Source of the DNA: a virus
Lineage: Duplodnaviria > Caudoviricetes
IMG/VR virus record: IMGVR_UViG_3300033149_000867
Span: 1-57,878 of that record
Reading direction: 5' to 3' (one strand)
DNA length: 57,878 nucleotides
Part shown: positions 9,246-18,568 of the stretch, piece by piece
Layout: the number at the start of each line of letters is the position of its first letter
Numbering within the stretch: position 1 is the first letter of the stretch
Notes under the pieces: model-generated
Database searches by the model: none
What the model saw: the letters and a program-made list of their open reading frames with translations, nothing else
Told to the model about the DNA's origin: nothing
Position numbers and translations under genes: made by a program

Positions 9246-11138
9246 TCAACACTTTGAGAAACCACATGTGCAGGTGAGACAGCCCTCTGAATGGGTCAAT
9301 GGTTTGTGGCAATGGGGACATAGTTCGCCGTTGTCGATTGTGCCATCCTCGTTGTTGTGGTTGTTTATCTCGTTGATGTATGTTAGGGCTTTTGCGATGC
9401 CATCTGGTATCGAATGGACATATTTGAATGTTGGGTCAAATTGTGTCTCTGCCTTGATGCCTTCGAGTTGCTCACAAACCTCTTCTATTGGTATCCCCTT
9501 CCTCAATGCAAGTGAAATTAATCGCCCAACCGCCTCTGTGAATGCACTAATGACCGTCCCACTCTTGCTAATCTCAATAAACACTTCAAATGGGTTCTTC
9601 ATTGTCTTATCTGAATAATTACAAATCACATACATATTTCCATAATAAGTTCTGACTTTCGCTGTCTTTCCATATCTCAAAACATTATCTTTATTATTAA
9701 TATTATTAACAACAATTGCTTCTTCTTTACGACTGCCTTGTCTATAAATAGTCAAACCTTTACATTTCAACGAATAAGCCATTTCATACGCCGAAATGAC
9801 GTCATCAACAGTTGCTTCATTTGTCATATTAATTGTTTTTGAAACACCAGCATCCACATATTTTTGCCAATGTGCTTGATGTAAAATGTGCCATTCCCAT
9901 GAAATTTCAGTTGCTAATTTATCGCCTTCAATTACTTTATATTTAATGTCGCCTCTTGGACTTTTAATTATATATTCGTTGGCAAATTTTGGTTCAATTG
10001 ATGGTGTTGTCCCACACAAAACACTAATTGTTCCTGTCGGTGCAATACTCATCAAACATACATTTTTACGACCAAGCCACTCTCTAATTTGTTCATTACC
10101 ACCTTCTAATTCTTCACTCATTTTAGTCAAAGTATAATACATTTCAAATCCAATTTCGTCAATTAATTTCAATGCATCTTCACTTTCATAAGGAATTCCG
10201 AGCCTAATTAAAAGCTCATGCCATCCCATCACTCCAACCCCAATCTTTCTATTTCTCATTACTTTTTTACGAATTTCATCAAGTGGATAACTACATAAGT
10301 CAATTGCTCTATCTAACATAACACCACATAATTGTGTGTAATAACGAAGTTTATCAAAATCAACATCATTTTTACTTTCATCATATAATTTAGCAAGATT
10401 TACGGATGCTAATGCACAACATTCGTATCCTTCAAGTGGTTGTTCGCCACATGGATTTGTCGCTATTATTTCACTACCAAAGTCTTTTAATGGATTTCCA
10501 TTTTGAATATGGTCTCCAAAAAGTAAAGATGGCTCACCATTTTTCCACGAATTCTGTGCAACTTTTTCAACAACATCTTTATTCCAACTTTTTAATCTAA
10601 CCGACAAATTCATATTTTTGAGAACACCCTCTTCATTCTTCGCAGTAATAAATTCGTCTAAATCCGCATGGTCTTCGTCTAAAATTGACATGAAAGCTGA
10701 ACGTCTTTGACCACCTTGAACAACTACATCGCCCATCGTATCAAACAACCTCATAAATGAAACTGAACCAGTCGAATATCCACCTTTTGAAATTGGAGAA
10801 CCTCGTGGTCTTAATGGACTGAAATTAATTCCAACACCACCACTCAAACTAAATATTTTTGCACTCGAATATAATGTGTGGAAGATACTGTCAAGACTGT
10901 CTTCAATTGGCAATACATAACAAGCAAATAATTGTGGATGTTTTGTCCCTGAATTTCTCAACATTGGGTAATTTGGCATTATGTAATGTTCGCTCATTGC
11001 TCTGAATAATTGATTTTCCAAATTTTCGTCATTCTGTGCAATATATCTGGCAGTTCGCCTATACACATCAATTGGCTCTTTATCAAGCCCCTCAACCATC
11101 AACCTTGTTCTCAAAATATATTGCTCAACTTCATTCAT
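9246..11138 (-). CDS. nrdJ: Class II (adenosylcobalamin-dependent) ribonucleotide reductase with C-terminal TSCPD/Zn-ribbon domain
   Basis: QLFACYV, GGVGINFS.LRP, QGGQRRSA, active site TNPCGEQ, SIAPTGTIS, VSKTIN, C-terminal CPHC...EGCLTCTCGFSKC; start moved to ATG 11138 (SD GGAGGT). Confidence 0.93.
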   Translation of the reverse strand: MNEVEQYILRTRLMVEGLDKEPIDVYRRTARYIAQNDENLENQLFRAMSEHYIMPNYPMLRNSGTKHPQLFACYVLPIEDSLDSIFHTLYSSAKIFSLSGGVGINFSPLRPRGSPISKGGYSTGSVSFMRLFDTMGDVVVQGGQRRSAFMSILDEDHADLDEFITAKNEEGVLKNMNLSVRLKSWNKDVVEKVAQNSWKNGEPSLLFGDHIQNGNPLKDFGSEIIATNPCGEQPLEGYECCALASVNLAKLYDESKNDVDFDKLRYYTQLCGVMLDRAIDLCSYPLDEIRKKVMRNRKIGVGVMGWHELLIRLGIPYESEDALKLIDEIGFEMYYTLTKMSEELEGGNEQIREWLGRKNVCLMSIAPTGTISVLCGTTPSIEPKFANEYIIKSPRGDIKYKVIEGDKLATEISWEWHILHQAHWQKYVDAGVSKTINMTNEATVDDVISAYEMAYSLKCKGLTIYRQGSRKEEAIVVNNINNKDNVLRYGKTAKVRTYYGNMYVICNYSDKTMKNPFEVFIEISKSGTVISAFTEAVGRLISLALRKGIPIEEVCEQLEGIKAETQFDPTFKYVHSIPDGIAKALTYINEINNHNNEDGTIDNGELCPHCHKPLTHSEGCLTCTCGFSKC

Positions 11139-11281
11139 TTTATTACAACCTCCAAAACACATGTTGTTATTAAAGATAATATGAATGTAAATGGTTTATA
11201 TATTAATAATATAATTAAACATATTATAGTAGTTATTATTAGTAAATATTTAATAAATAATTTATTCAACTTTATATTCAT
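11135..11281 (-). CDS. Small hydrophobic membrane protein (48 aa)
   Basis: Manual: MNIKLNKLFIKYLLIITTIICLIILLIYKPF...; GGAGG SD, ATGA overlap with nrdJ. Confidence 0.5.
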   Translation of the reverse strand: MNIKLNKLFIKYLLIITTIICLIILLIYKPFTFILSLITTCVLEVVIK

Positions 11282-11379
11282 TCCTCCTTGTTATTATTCA
11301 ATCTCTTTTGCCATTTTCTTAATCTCTGTAATTTTTCTCTTAACACCTTATTCATTCCAACTTCCTCTTCCAAACTTAT

Positions 11380-12180
11380 TCACCTCCTTAACCTTTTACT
11401 ATATTTAGTTAATATAATTTCTTCCAATTCATCACAAGAATATCTTGGCGTAAATTTCCAATACTTGTAGTTATATTTATAATGTAAATCATGTTCAATT
11501 TGTTTAATTATTTTCCAAAATTTTGGTCTTTCTTCGATTATGAAACGATGACCATCCATTTTCTTCAATGGACAAATCCAACATGAAATTCTGTTTGTTT
11601 GCTCGTAAAGACCACCCCAATCAAAACCATATTTTTCCATACAATAATTCAGACAATCCTCTTCATTCATGTTATATTTTTCTATTAATGGTGCTCTATA
11701 TATAATTTCATTTTCTTTGTTTTTTCGACAAAAGTATTTTGTTCTCTTAATTTCATCAAGACTATAACCAATATAAATAAAAAATTTTGAATAACCTTTT
11801 TCTTTTCGTAATTTGGAATAAAATTGTTCAAATGGTGTAATTTTCAAATAATTTGAACACCATCTGTATTTGTAAGTTGGAAAACCATGAGGGCATCCAG
11901 CATATTTACCACATTTGTGTTTGTATTCCGTCATATAGTATATGAAATCTCCGTTTTTGTCATATATTCGTATAATTTCCAAATCATATTTGTCAATTAA
12001 TATGTCATCAACGTGTTTTATGTGTTGGTGCATTTCTGGGTATTCAACACCAGTATCAGCAAATACAATATATAAGTTGTTTTTGTTGATTTTATATTTG
12101 TCATCTTCTAACATTTTGAATAACATTGCTGTGCTATCTTTTCCACCACTAAACGAAATGACATGACAATTCTTACTCAT
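11380..12180 (-). CDS. PAPS-reductase-family PP-loop protein (DndC-like), possibly DNA modification
   Basis: SFSGGKDS PP-loop, FADTG.EYP, RWCS..LKI.P, GYSLDE..R, RISCWICP. Confidence 0.85.
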   Translation of the reverse strand: MSKNCHVISFSGGKDSTAMLFKMLEDDKYKINKNNLYIVFADTGVEYPEMHQHIKHVDDILIDKYDLEIIRIYDKNGDFIYYMTEYKHKCGKYAGCPHGFPTYKYRWCSNYLKITPFEQFYSKLRKEKGYSKFFIYIGYSLDEIKRTKYFCRKNKENEIIYRAPLIEKYNMNEEDCLNYCMEKYGFDWGGLYEQTNRISCWICPLKKMDGHRFIIEERPKFWKIIKQIEHDLHYKYNYKYWKFTPRYSCDELEEIILTKYSKRLRR

Positions 12181-12183
12181 AAT

Positions 12184-12813
12184 TTATCCTCTCATTAACC
12201 TTAACTTATAAATCCTTTCAGCCAATACAACATCTTTTTGATAAATATGACAACATGTTGTAAAATCTATTATTTTTGAAATTTCGAATTCTGGAATTTT
12301 GTGTCTTACAAAATGATAAAGACCGATGATATTGGGTTGCCATGCATTCACCAAATCACGACTTCTCCAAACCAATGCCAAAGTATTTGAATTGGGTAAA
12401 ATTTGAATGAATTGCAAACAAGGAATTCCACCATCACCATTTTCAATTGCATTGTCATCAACCAAATAATTCCATGTATTTAAAATCATTCGCCTTGAAT
12501 ACCCACCTTCTTTCAAATACAAATTCCTCACATTTTCAACATTTCTATTTAGTCTTTCACCATAAGTATAATCGAAACCATATTTATTTTCGCCCTTAAT
12601 TATTTGTGTAATATAATCGTCAATTGACTTGAATTGTGTTAAATAATGTGTTTCTTTATTTTCAATTTGTTTAATCGCCTTTCCTTCCAATACGACATAT
12701 AAAGTTGAATATTTATAGGAATTGTCATTGGCGAATTCACCAAATTTGTAAATATCGGCTATTGCCTTTTCATATGCTTCGTGAAAGTCATCTGACAGTA
12801 TTGTCATCAACAC
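12184..12813 (-). CDS. thyA: Archaeal-type thymidylate synthase or dUMP-modifying homolog
   Basis: YTYGERL, SRR, catalytic PCLQ, RSRD, AWQPN, HIY; start moved to GTG/TTG at 12813/12810 after GGAGATGA. Confidence 0.8.
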   Translation of the reverse strand: MLMTILSDDFHEAYEKAIADIYKFGEFANDNSYKYSTLYVVLEGKAIKQIENKETHYLTQFKSIDDYITQIIKGENKYGFDYTYGERLNRNVENVRNLYLKEGGYSRRMILNTWNYLVDDNAIENGDGGIPCLQFIQILPNSNTLALVWRSRDLVNAWQPNIIGLYHFVRHKIPEFEISKIIDFTTCCHIYQKDVVLAERIYKLRLMRG

Positions 12814-12844
12814 CTTATCATCTCCTTTGAGTAAGTAATGGAGG

Positions 12845-12952
12845 GGGTGTGATGCCAAAAAATTGAGAGTTGTTAAAGCCTTCAACACCTGCACAAATTA
12901 AATCTAATATCGTCAAATAATATGTTAGCCGAGAGGGTTTGACACCACACCC
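12845..12952 (-). ncRNA. Putative structured RNA (5' leader of thyA or small RNA)
   Basis: GGGUGUGGUGUCAAA pairs with UUUGGCAUCACACCC (15 bp, 2 G-U on the minus strand), enclosing two further hairpins; just downstream of a promoter motif. Confidence 0.5.
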
Positions 12953-13000
12953 AACAGTAATTAAGCCCCTTAATTATATAAGATTTTTGGTTGATAATTT

Positions 13001-13115
13001 TCGATATGCGTTGATGAAACATAGCAATTTTTTGAGCATAGAGCATAGGTTAAAATCTCACGAATATAAAACCATTCATCTCAATACAACCTACCCTTAA
13101 ATCGCAAAAATCATG
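13001..13115. repeat. Degenerate ~115-bp intergenic element, copy 1 (copy 2 at 50751-50865)
   Basis: Blocks TATGCGT, CATAGAG, AGGTTA, CGAAT, AACC, AAATCGCAAAAAT at matching spacing. Confidence 0.65.
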
Positions 13116-13163
13116 CATTTATGAGGAAATTTGTGAAAGGTTTGAACCCATTTTCTGCCCTAA

Positions 13164-13514
13164 TTATACTGACCTTCCATCCCATCTCACTTCATTATAT
13201 TTTTCTTCCCATTCTTTGTTATCATTATTTACGGCAATGCACCACAATAAAATTCCTCTTAAAATCCATAGCATCTTTTCACAATAATCTAAATATTCAC
13301 CCAACCTTATTCGTATGTCCAAATAACTTTCAACATAACCCCACACTTCACTTATTTCACCCTTAAATTCATCATCATTTCTTATTTTGTCGTCAATATA
13401 TTTGTATAGCTTTATGCATTGTTCAAAATTATTACGAAGACCCTCATAAATTTCAATGGTTTGATTAAACAATTCCGTTAAAACCTCTTCACCCGATGTC
13501 ATATTCAAAAACAC
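13164..13514 (-). CDS. Hypothetical helical protein
   Basis: ORF track; SD AAGGAGGTG; preceded by two TATAATTAGG(G)C motifs. Confidence 0.7.
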   Translation of the reverse strand: MFLNMTSGEEVLTELFNQTIEIYEGLRNNFEQCIKLYKYIDDKIRNDDEFKGEISEVWGYVESYLDIRIRLGEYLDYCEKMLWILRGILLWCIAVNNDNKEWEEKYNEVRWDGRSV

Positions 13515-13533
13515 CTCCTTTGATTAGATTTTT

Positions 13534-13581
13534 GCCTAATTATATAATACTTTCCTTTCATATCTTGACGCCCTAATTATA
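13534..13581 (-). promoter_or_regulatory. Two copies of the viral promoter motif TATAATTAGGGC(G)
   Basis: 13534-13544 (one G fewer) and 13569-13581; motif recurs at 13157, 20982, 21023, 23423, 26252, 26298. Confidence 0.65.
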
Positions 13582-13709
13582 CTATCTTATTCTTATCTTA
13601 TCTACCCCAAATTTCAACCATAAAATTGACTAAAAGTTTAGTTAAAGTTTAAGAAAAAGTTTAACAAAAGTCTATAAGTTTATTCAAAAAAGAAGAAGAA
13701 AAAGGTGAA

Positions 13710-13892
13710 TTAAAATTTAACACCACAAATTTCTTCAAATCTCTTTGCAAATCTCTTTCTAAATTTTTCATATTTTGGTCGAATTCCATCATAAAAATTA
13801 CCATCACCAATTTCACAAATAATATTGTGTATTTCGTCCAATAATTTGTAATTTCTTTTGTAAAAGTTTTTATGTTCTAAAAACATTGTCAA
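13710..13892 (-). CDS. Small hypothetical protein, or -1 frame C-terminal extension of the E2-like gene
   Basis: Frame is open up to 13946; TTG start at 13892. Confidence 0.5.
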   Translation of the reverse strand: MTMFLEHKNFYKRNYKLLDEIHNIICEIGDGNFYDGIRPKYEKFRKRFAKRFEEICGVKF

Positions 13893-13927
13893 ATCATAAG
13901 TTCCATCTGTGTTTTCATAAATCCTCT

Positions 13928-14773
13928 CTAAAATGCCATTTTTAAATCACTAATAAACATCCAAAATTGATAGTCAATTTCATTAACAGATTTTCGAATT
14001 TCTACTTCAATTTCATTATCATCATCATAATTTTTAGTATAAATGCAATCACCCGAAAGCAACTTTGTTATAATGTAATCATAATTGAAAAATATAAAGA
14101 GCCTCTTTGCATCAGTAAAACCATCATACAAATTTGCATATTTCAATATTTCATGTATGCCATTTATCAATTCATTTGAATTTTTATAAACTCTGTTTTT
14201 TCCAAGACAAACCATATTGAAAATTAATGGTCTCCCATGTGAAAGTATATGATAATCATATATTTTATATTTTGGATAATAATACATATTTGCCTCAATA
14301 TTTGGATGAATTGAATATGAACAATATAATTCATCAAATTCATTTGGGATAAAAAACAAATCTCTGTAAAAACCGTATGTTTTATTTTTCTTCATTTCAA
14401 TCATTAATTCTGGTGATAAAAGTGTGAATTCTGGTCTATAAACATTTACATCCAAAACAATTGGCAAATAAATGGTATTTTCACTTGTAATTCCACATCT
14501 ACAAAAATAATTATATGGTCGGCTATTATTTATCATTACACCATCATATCTCAATAAATTCAAAGTGAAATTGTTGTTGCCAAGTGTGTTGAAAACATCA
14601 ATTTCATTAGAAAAAAATAATGACGATGAATAATCAATATTGTTATTGTTGTTATTGTTATTGTCATCACCAGCGTCATATACTCTATATACATATTTAT
14701 CTACCAATTCACGATAAATTCTTGTCATAATGTAGTTTTTATCTTGTGAATTTCTCATCAATTTACCATTCAA
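13928..14773 (-). CDS. Prokaryotic E2-like (ubiquitin-conjugating fold) protein
   Basis: HPNI ... VCLG ... ILKYANL pattern; operonic with JAB and ThiF/E1; TTG start at 14773 after GGAGGTGG; ends at a TAG that may be read through to 13889. Confidence 0.6.
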   Translation of the reverse strand: MNGKLMRNSQDKNYIMTRIYRELVDKYVYRVYDAGDDNNNNNNNNIDYSSSLFFSNEIDVFNTLGNNNFTLNLLRYDGVMINNSRPYNYFCRCGITSENTIYLPIVLDVNVYRPEFTLLSPELMIEMKKNKTYGFYRDLFFIPNEFDELYCSYSIHPNIEANMYYYPKYKIYDYHILSHGRPLIFNMVCLGKNRVYKNSNELINGIHEILKYANLYDGFTDAKRLFIFFNYDYIITKLLSGDCIYTKNYDDDNEIEVEIRKSVNEIDYQFWMFISDLKMAF

Positions 14774-15498
14774 AATACCACCTCCCATCTTTCCCAAAAT
14801 TCCTTAACATTTCCTTTCTTATTTTTGTCAAATTTACCCAAATATTGTCTGTAAGTCTCTTTCTCAATTTTTTCTTCAACGATTTTCTCATCAACCAAAT
14901 TCAATTTCATTGGTATTACTTTTATTTTGGGCTCAATCAACATGTAATTGTCTGATAGATTGTTATTTACAATTCCTTCTTCATCAAGAATTTCATCCAA
15001 GAAATCATTTAAACATTCACCATTTTCTCTTTCAAAACCCAATTTCAATGGTATTAATAGTGTTGCCATAACAAATTTATTATCTGTGTATAAAATTGAA
15101 CACATAAAGTTTTTATTAATGAATTCATAATCAGTTCTCGAAAATTCATTAAATCCATGTGGATGTTTATGAATAACGGTATTATAACCTTCTGTAATAT
15201 ATTCGGTCGTTTCGCTATTATCATATCGAATGGTTGATGAAGAAACTTTTTGTTTTGGAATTACATAATCATTGACATCTACAATGAAATTACCATCCTC
15301 ATTGTATTTTCCTTTTAACAAAATTGAAAATTCAAAATCTTCACCGACAATCGATGAAATTTCCTCCATAACATATCTAATTTTTCCACCAATTACGACC
15401 GTTGGTTCTATTATATTGTAAATATTGTTAATTAAATCATGACCCTAAAATTTCAAACTATTGTTATTCTTATTTTTACTCTTCTTCTTCTTCGTCAT
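14770..15498 (-). CDS. JAB/MPN+ metallo-isopeptidase with in-frame TAG at codon 18 (15445-15447)
   Basis: EFSILLKG...YVIPKQKVS...VIHKHP....FSRTD (E, HxH, S..D JAB motif); GGAGGT SD 8 nt before ATG 15498. Confidence 0.8.
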
Positions 15499-16837
15499 TT
15501 TCTAAAACCTCCTTGTTTAGATTGTAAATCCAAGAACCACATATTTTCTCAAATATTGTTGAAATATTGAAATTCACAACAAATTTTGGTAGAATTTCAT
15601 ATACATAAGAAAATCTAATAGTATCATCGATTTTATCAGCCATTGTGTTATAAAACACATCATCAATAATTGTTCTTATGAATGTGTAATCTAAAATCAC
15701 CAAATATGTTATTAAAAGAGCTGAAAACATTGCACCAAAAATCGATGAACCCTGTGTATAACCACGAATAACCCCATCATCAACCGTCATCATTGTATAA
15801 TCTTCAAAACCTCTTTGAATTGTTATGTTATGCCCATCATATCTCACCCTATAATATACGACATTGTATTCCTTAAATTTCTCTTTAAAATACTTCATTT
15901 CTTCATTGTTATTAGTAATTTCGTTGCTATCTCTACAATCAATCATAATCAACGGAGAACCCTTTGATTTGTAAAATTTATCACAAAGTAAATTATGTGC
16001 CGTTTCTTCAAATGTTCTGAAATTAAAACTAACTGCCAATTTTTTCAAATTTATATCTGGTCTAATAAGTTCAATTTTTCTTGAAATTGCAACAACCTTA
16101 CAATCATTTACATCATTCAAATCATAAATTGTTCTACCAACATTTGATATTTCAACATTATCACCATCAACCAAATACAAATTATTTGCACCAATTGATG
16201 CCAAAATGTATGAAACCCATGAACCAATCCCCCCACAACCAATAACCATAAAGCTCTCTGGAACTCTCATCTCAATTTCCTCATAATTTTCTTTTCTCAA
16301 CATTTTTTCAACCACATCAATGAACTTATCATAGTCATAACCAGCCGATATTGAACGTGCAATGCCGTCCAAACCCAATTCTGAAATATCTACATATTCT
16401 TCATTTTCCTCATAATTTCTATTGTCTGGTGTAATTGTATTTAGAATTTCATCCAAATCGCTTTCATTATCATCATTTACATTTCTCTCATTTCTATTTT
16501 TAAATATACCATCCATCAAAAACCCAATATATTCAACCTTAATACCTTTCATTCTATTTTTGTAAATTTGTTTGTAAAAATCCATCAAATATTCAACACC
16601 AGCTTCATTATAACTGTTAATTTCAACTTCAAGAACATCATCCAACGAATATGGGTATTTATTAACCGTGAGATATTCAACCTCACCATTACTCTTAATA
16701 ACCTTAACATAAGCATTATTCAATCCAATTCTTTTAGCAATTTTCTTCACATCTTCATGTTCAATTTTCTTCTTTTCTTCAAAATATCTTGCAATAAGTG
16801 AATAAGACTTTTTACCAACCTTTACTTCCAACCCCAC
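15476..16837 (-). CDS. Ubiquitin-like domain fused to a ThiF/E1-family adenylyltransferase
   Basis: GCGGIGSW, LVDGDNVEISNVGR, KV.A, IDCRD; the first ~80 aa have a beta-grasp-like pattern ending YNEAG. Confidence 0.8.
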   Translation of the reverse strand: MGLEVKVGKKSYSLIARYFEEKKKIEHEDVKKIAKRIGLNNAYVKVIKSNGEVEYLTVNKYPYSLDDVLEVEINSYNEAGVEYLMDFYKQIYKNRMKGIKVEYIGFLMDGIFKNRNERNVNDDNESDLDEILNTITPDNRNYEENEEYVDISELGLDGIARSISAGYDYDKFIDVVEKMLRKENYEEIEMRVPESFMVIGCGGIGSWVSYILASIGANNLYLVDGDNVEISNVGRTIYDLNDVNDCKVVAISRKIELIRPDINLKKLAVSFNFRTFEETAHNLLCDKFYKSKGSPLIMIDCRDSNEITNNNEEMKYFKEKFKEYNVVYYRVRYDGHNITIQRGFEDYTMMTVDDGVIRGYTQGSSIFGAMFSALLITYLVILDYTFIRTIIDDVFYNTMADKIDDTIRFSYVYEILPKFVVNFNISTIFEKICGSWIYNLNKEVLENDEEEEE

Positions 16838-16857
16838 TTTTAACCCTCCTTTTTTAT

Positions 16858-18102
16858 TTATTCAAAAATAGACAATTTCAAATCAATGTATTTTGCAAAA
16901 TCGAAATATAAATCTAAATCAAAATGCTCAACACCAACGTTATCATTGAACTTAAACAAATTTTCAACATTAAAATCTTTTTTCAATTTACTGTAAAATT
17001 CAAGATTTAATATTTCATTTGGGTCATTGTTATATGTCTTTAAAAATTTGTCAATTGCCTCACAATCATTTCTCACATCTTCATTCATATTTTCGCCACC
17101 AAACATAAAGTTATAATAGAAACCTTCATTTGACATTTCGTAATCAAAATAATTGAAATTCTTTACTATTCCCCATCCATCAATAATTTCGAGCCCATTC
17201 TCATAAATTTCAATAGAAACCCTCGCACCATTTGGAACACAATCTCTCTCACAATATCTTTTGATAAATTTGTTAATTTTCTTTGCCAAATTCTTATGTT
17301 TAAACAATTCATACAATCTCAATGTCGTGTATTGTGCCAAATAACCGTTGAATAAACCACGCTTCCCATCTATTATGTAATCCGTATAATTCATAATCTT
17401 TGGGCATAAAATATATTTGAAATATCCGTTTTCTTTATCTAATGTCGAAAAAACATCAAAAGAAAATATATTGTCAGATACCATTCTTTTTAAATGAGTT
17501 TCATTCAATTTGTAAGTTTCCCAAATACCAATCGGTGAAATACCAAAAACACCACCCGTAATTTTTCTCATTATTTCTTCTTTAAAGAAGAATTTATCAA
17601 ATTCACCATTTTTAATTTTTCTTTTGACATCACTTGTAAATAAACTATCGATATATGAATTAATAACATTTTCACCGCTTTCAGTTTCATGTTGCATCAA
17701 TGTTCTTGAATATTTAAACCCACCAATAGTCCCAACAAACATCCCAACAAATGCCCTATTATAATTGTTATCATCTCTAAAACCAATTATTGGGTTGAAA
17801 ACCCTATACAATTTTTGAACCGAATAACCACCATCAATCTCATTTATCAATATATGTTGTTCCTCTATTTTATCTGGAATTGTAAATGTATCTTTATATT
17901 TCATTTCTTTGTTATAATCTGAAATTTTCTTCTCTAACAAATTAAACAATTTATAATATACATAATTGGTTGTAAAACCTCTATATTTTGAACATTCGAC
18001 AAAATATGGTGCATATATCATTTTCAAATTCTTTTTAATTTCCTCCTCAATCAGATAATCAATTTTTTGTTCTATACTTTTAAATTTCATATTTATCACC
18101 AC
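16858..18102 (-). CDS. Hypothetical 414-aa protein directly upstream of the Ubl operon
   Basis: Long ORF; no motif recognised. Confidence 0.8.
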   Translation of the reverse strand: MVINMKFKSIEQKIDYLIEEEIKKNLKMIYAPYFVECSKYRGFTTNYVYYKLFNLLEKKISDYNKEMKYKDTFTIPDKIEEQHILINEIDGGYSVQKLYRVFNPIIGFRDDNNYNRAFVGMFVGTIGGFKYSRTLMQHETESGENVINSYIDSLFTSDVKRKIKNGEFDKFFFKEEIMRKITGGVFGISPIGIWETYKLNETHLKRMVSDNIFSFDVFSTLDKENGYFKYILCPKIMNYTDYIIDGKRGLFNGYLAQYTTLRLYELFKHKNLAKKINKFIKRYCERDCVPNGARVSIEIYENGLEIIDGWGIVKNFNYFDYEMSNEGFYYNFMFGGENMNEDVRNDCEAIDKFLKTYNNDPNEILNLEFYSKLKKDFNVENLFKFNDNVGVEHFDLDLYFDFAKYIDLKLSIFE

Positions 18103-18568
18103 CCTTAATAATCACACAACCATTTTCTTTAATTTCCTTTCCAATTTCGTTATTGTGTTCTATTCTGTAAAATTCTGGTCTCTTTTTCTTCATAATTTCA
18201 TTGACTTCATCTTCATTCATTTTTGTTTTGTTAATGAAAAGCTCAAACCCGACAACAGGGAACTTAATCATCCTATTCAATCTGAAATTTAATGCAAGAC
18301 CAAATTTACAATCATAATCTTGTATTCTATAAATTATCGTTGCACCACATTCTGGACAAATACCAATTGAATTTCCAACATCAATACTTCTTTTCAAAAT
18401 GTGCAATTTACTCAAAATAACTTTATTATCATAACAAAATGGACAAACTCCATATTTCATAGGTTCAACAAATATTTCATCTGGTTCATTTTCCCAAATA
18501 ATAATTTGATTTTCTTCACTCAAAATATTGAAATGGTCAAGAACCTTATAAAATTCACTAAATTTCAT
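18080..18568 (-). CDS. Zn-ribbon-containing protein
   Basis: CPFC...CPECG; ATGA overlap, SD GGAGG. Confidence 0.75.
   Translation of the reverse strand: MKFSEFYKVLDHFNILSEENQIIIWENEPDEIFVEPMKYGVCPFCYDNKVILSKLHILKRSIDVGNSIGICPECGATIIYRIQDYDCKFGLALNFRLNRMIKFPVVGFELFINKTKMNEDEVNEIMKKKRPEFYRIEHNNEIGKEIKENGCVIIKGGDKYEI

Noticed and set aside
12845-12952. Possible amber suppressor or Pyl tRNA
   Set aside because: No acceptor/T-arm geometry or CUA anticodon loop; no tRNA recognised anywhere by eye (tRNAscan-SE/ARAGORN needed)
14636-14668. Poly-Asn run in the E2-like gene
   Set aside because: Mixed AAT/AAC low-complexity linker; no sign of a phase-variable repeat
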